From NCBI GenBank assembly GCA_046484245.1, contig JAWOBN010000023.1, positions 1-39,016 on the forward strand: a stretch of DNA of 39,016 bases. The letters run 5' to 3'. Below are positions 38,438 through 39,016 of this stretch, piece after piece. The DNA comes from a bacterium. GTDB taxonomy: Bacteria; Hydrothermota; 32-111. The notes below the pieces were generated by a model that was not told where the DNA came from, ran no database searches, and saw only the letters and a program-made list of their open reading frames with translations. Numbering within the stretch: the first letter of the stretch is position 1; every line of letters starts with the position of its first letter. The position numbers and the translations under genes are program-made.

Positions 38438-39016
38438 ATGAGAAAAACCACTATCATTTGTTTGTTGTTCTTTACAGCAATAACTTTATTTTCTCAATTA
38501 ACTGAGTTTGAGCACAGAAATATACCGACAGCACCGGAAGCCATGGAGATAGTGGATTCATTTCTTATCTGCGCAGAGGGGCAGTTCATTGAAGTATTCA
38601 ATGCCAATGGTGACTCTCTGATATCAGAAAATATCCATGATTTTGGAAACTACATCTATGACATTAAAGCAGATGATAATTATATTGTTGTTTCACCCTG
38701 GGCTTGGGGAGATACAATTAAAATTTATTACCGTGACTCACTTCCATCCCTTGTAGAACATCAGAAAATAAGGGGTTTCTGTGGTTTTGATATGAATGAT
38801 TCTCTGCTAATAACATCACTAAGAGACTCTCTTGTAATTTATCAGTATACACCAGACAGTATCAGTCTATTATGTCAGGAATATTTTGTTTTTTATCGTT
38901 CTATCAATCCTGTTATGATTTATGATACCTTTTTCCTGCCGGATATGAGTATTGCTGATATCAGTAATCCATACGAATTAGCAGATAAATTACCGCATCC
39001 ATATATTATTGAAGAT
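38438..39016 (+). CDS. Partial secreted beta-propeller (LVIVD-repeat-like) protein, runs off the window end
   Basis: Not in the ORF track; GGAGG RBS, ATG 38438, open for 193 codons; signal peptide MRKTTIICLLFFTAITLFS; IADISNP motif. Confidence 0.75.
   Translation, partial: MRKTTIICLLFFTAITLFSQLTEFEHRNIPTAPEAMEIVDSFLICAEGQFIEVFNANGDSLISENIHDFGNYIYDIKADDNYIVVSPWAWGDTIKIYYRDSLPSLVEHQKIRGFCGFDMNDSLLITSLRDSLVIYQYTPDSISLLCQEYFVFYRSINPVMIYDTFFLPDMSIADISNPYELADKLPHPYIIED

Noticed and set aside
38143..38457. Minus-strand ORFs of 104 and 66 aa
   Set aside because: They are translations of the heptamer arrays (low-complexity sequence).

Overview
This is a gene-dense, AT-rich bacterial chromosomal window, probably from an anaerobic diderm of the FCB-related/candidate-phylum type (inferred from lipoproteins, a C25 protease with a T9SS-like tail and beta-barrel-like proteins). 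It holds about 37 CDSs, including typA, wrbA, pepP, lgt, an Mrp/ApbC ATPase, rimO, alr, a PLP decarboxylase, a rhomboid, and ABC, MATE and MFS transporters. I found no rRNA, tRNA, CRISPR array, integrase or transposase gene. The most unusual signal is non-coding. Four large intergenic gaps each hold a 158-bp element with 30-35-bp inverted arms. The arms show multiple compensatory substitutions, and the AT-rich core keeps a fixed-position TAAGT-N14-ACTTA-N15-TAAGT motif. One copy is nested in a ~614-bp TGT...ACA element with transposon-like subterminal repeats. GTAG-type REP palindromes and clusters of 7-9-bp tandem arrays occur in some of these gaps and near the window end. Also notable are an extended PIMT homologue carrying the WxxxGxP motif of RiPP aspartimide-forming methyltransferases, with no visible precursor, and an apparent enrichment of the Bacteroidota O-glycosylation sequon in exported proteins. 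All calls come from reading the sequence by eye; no database searches were run.
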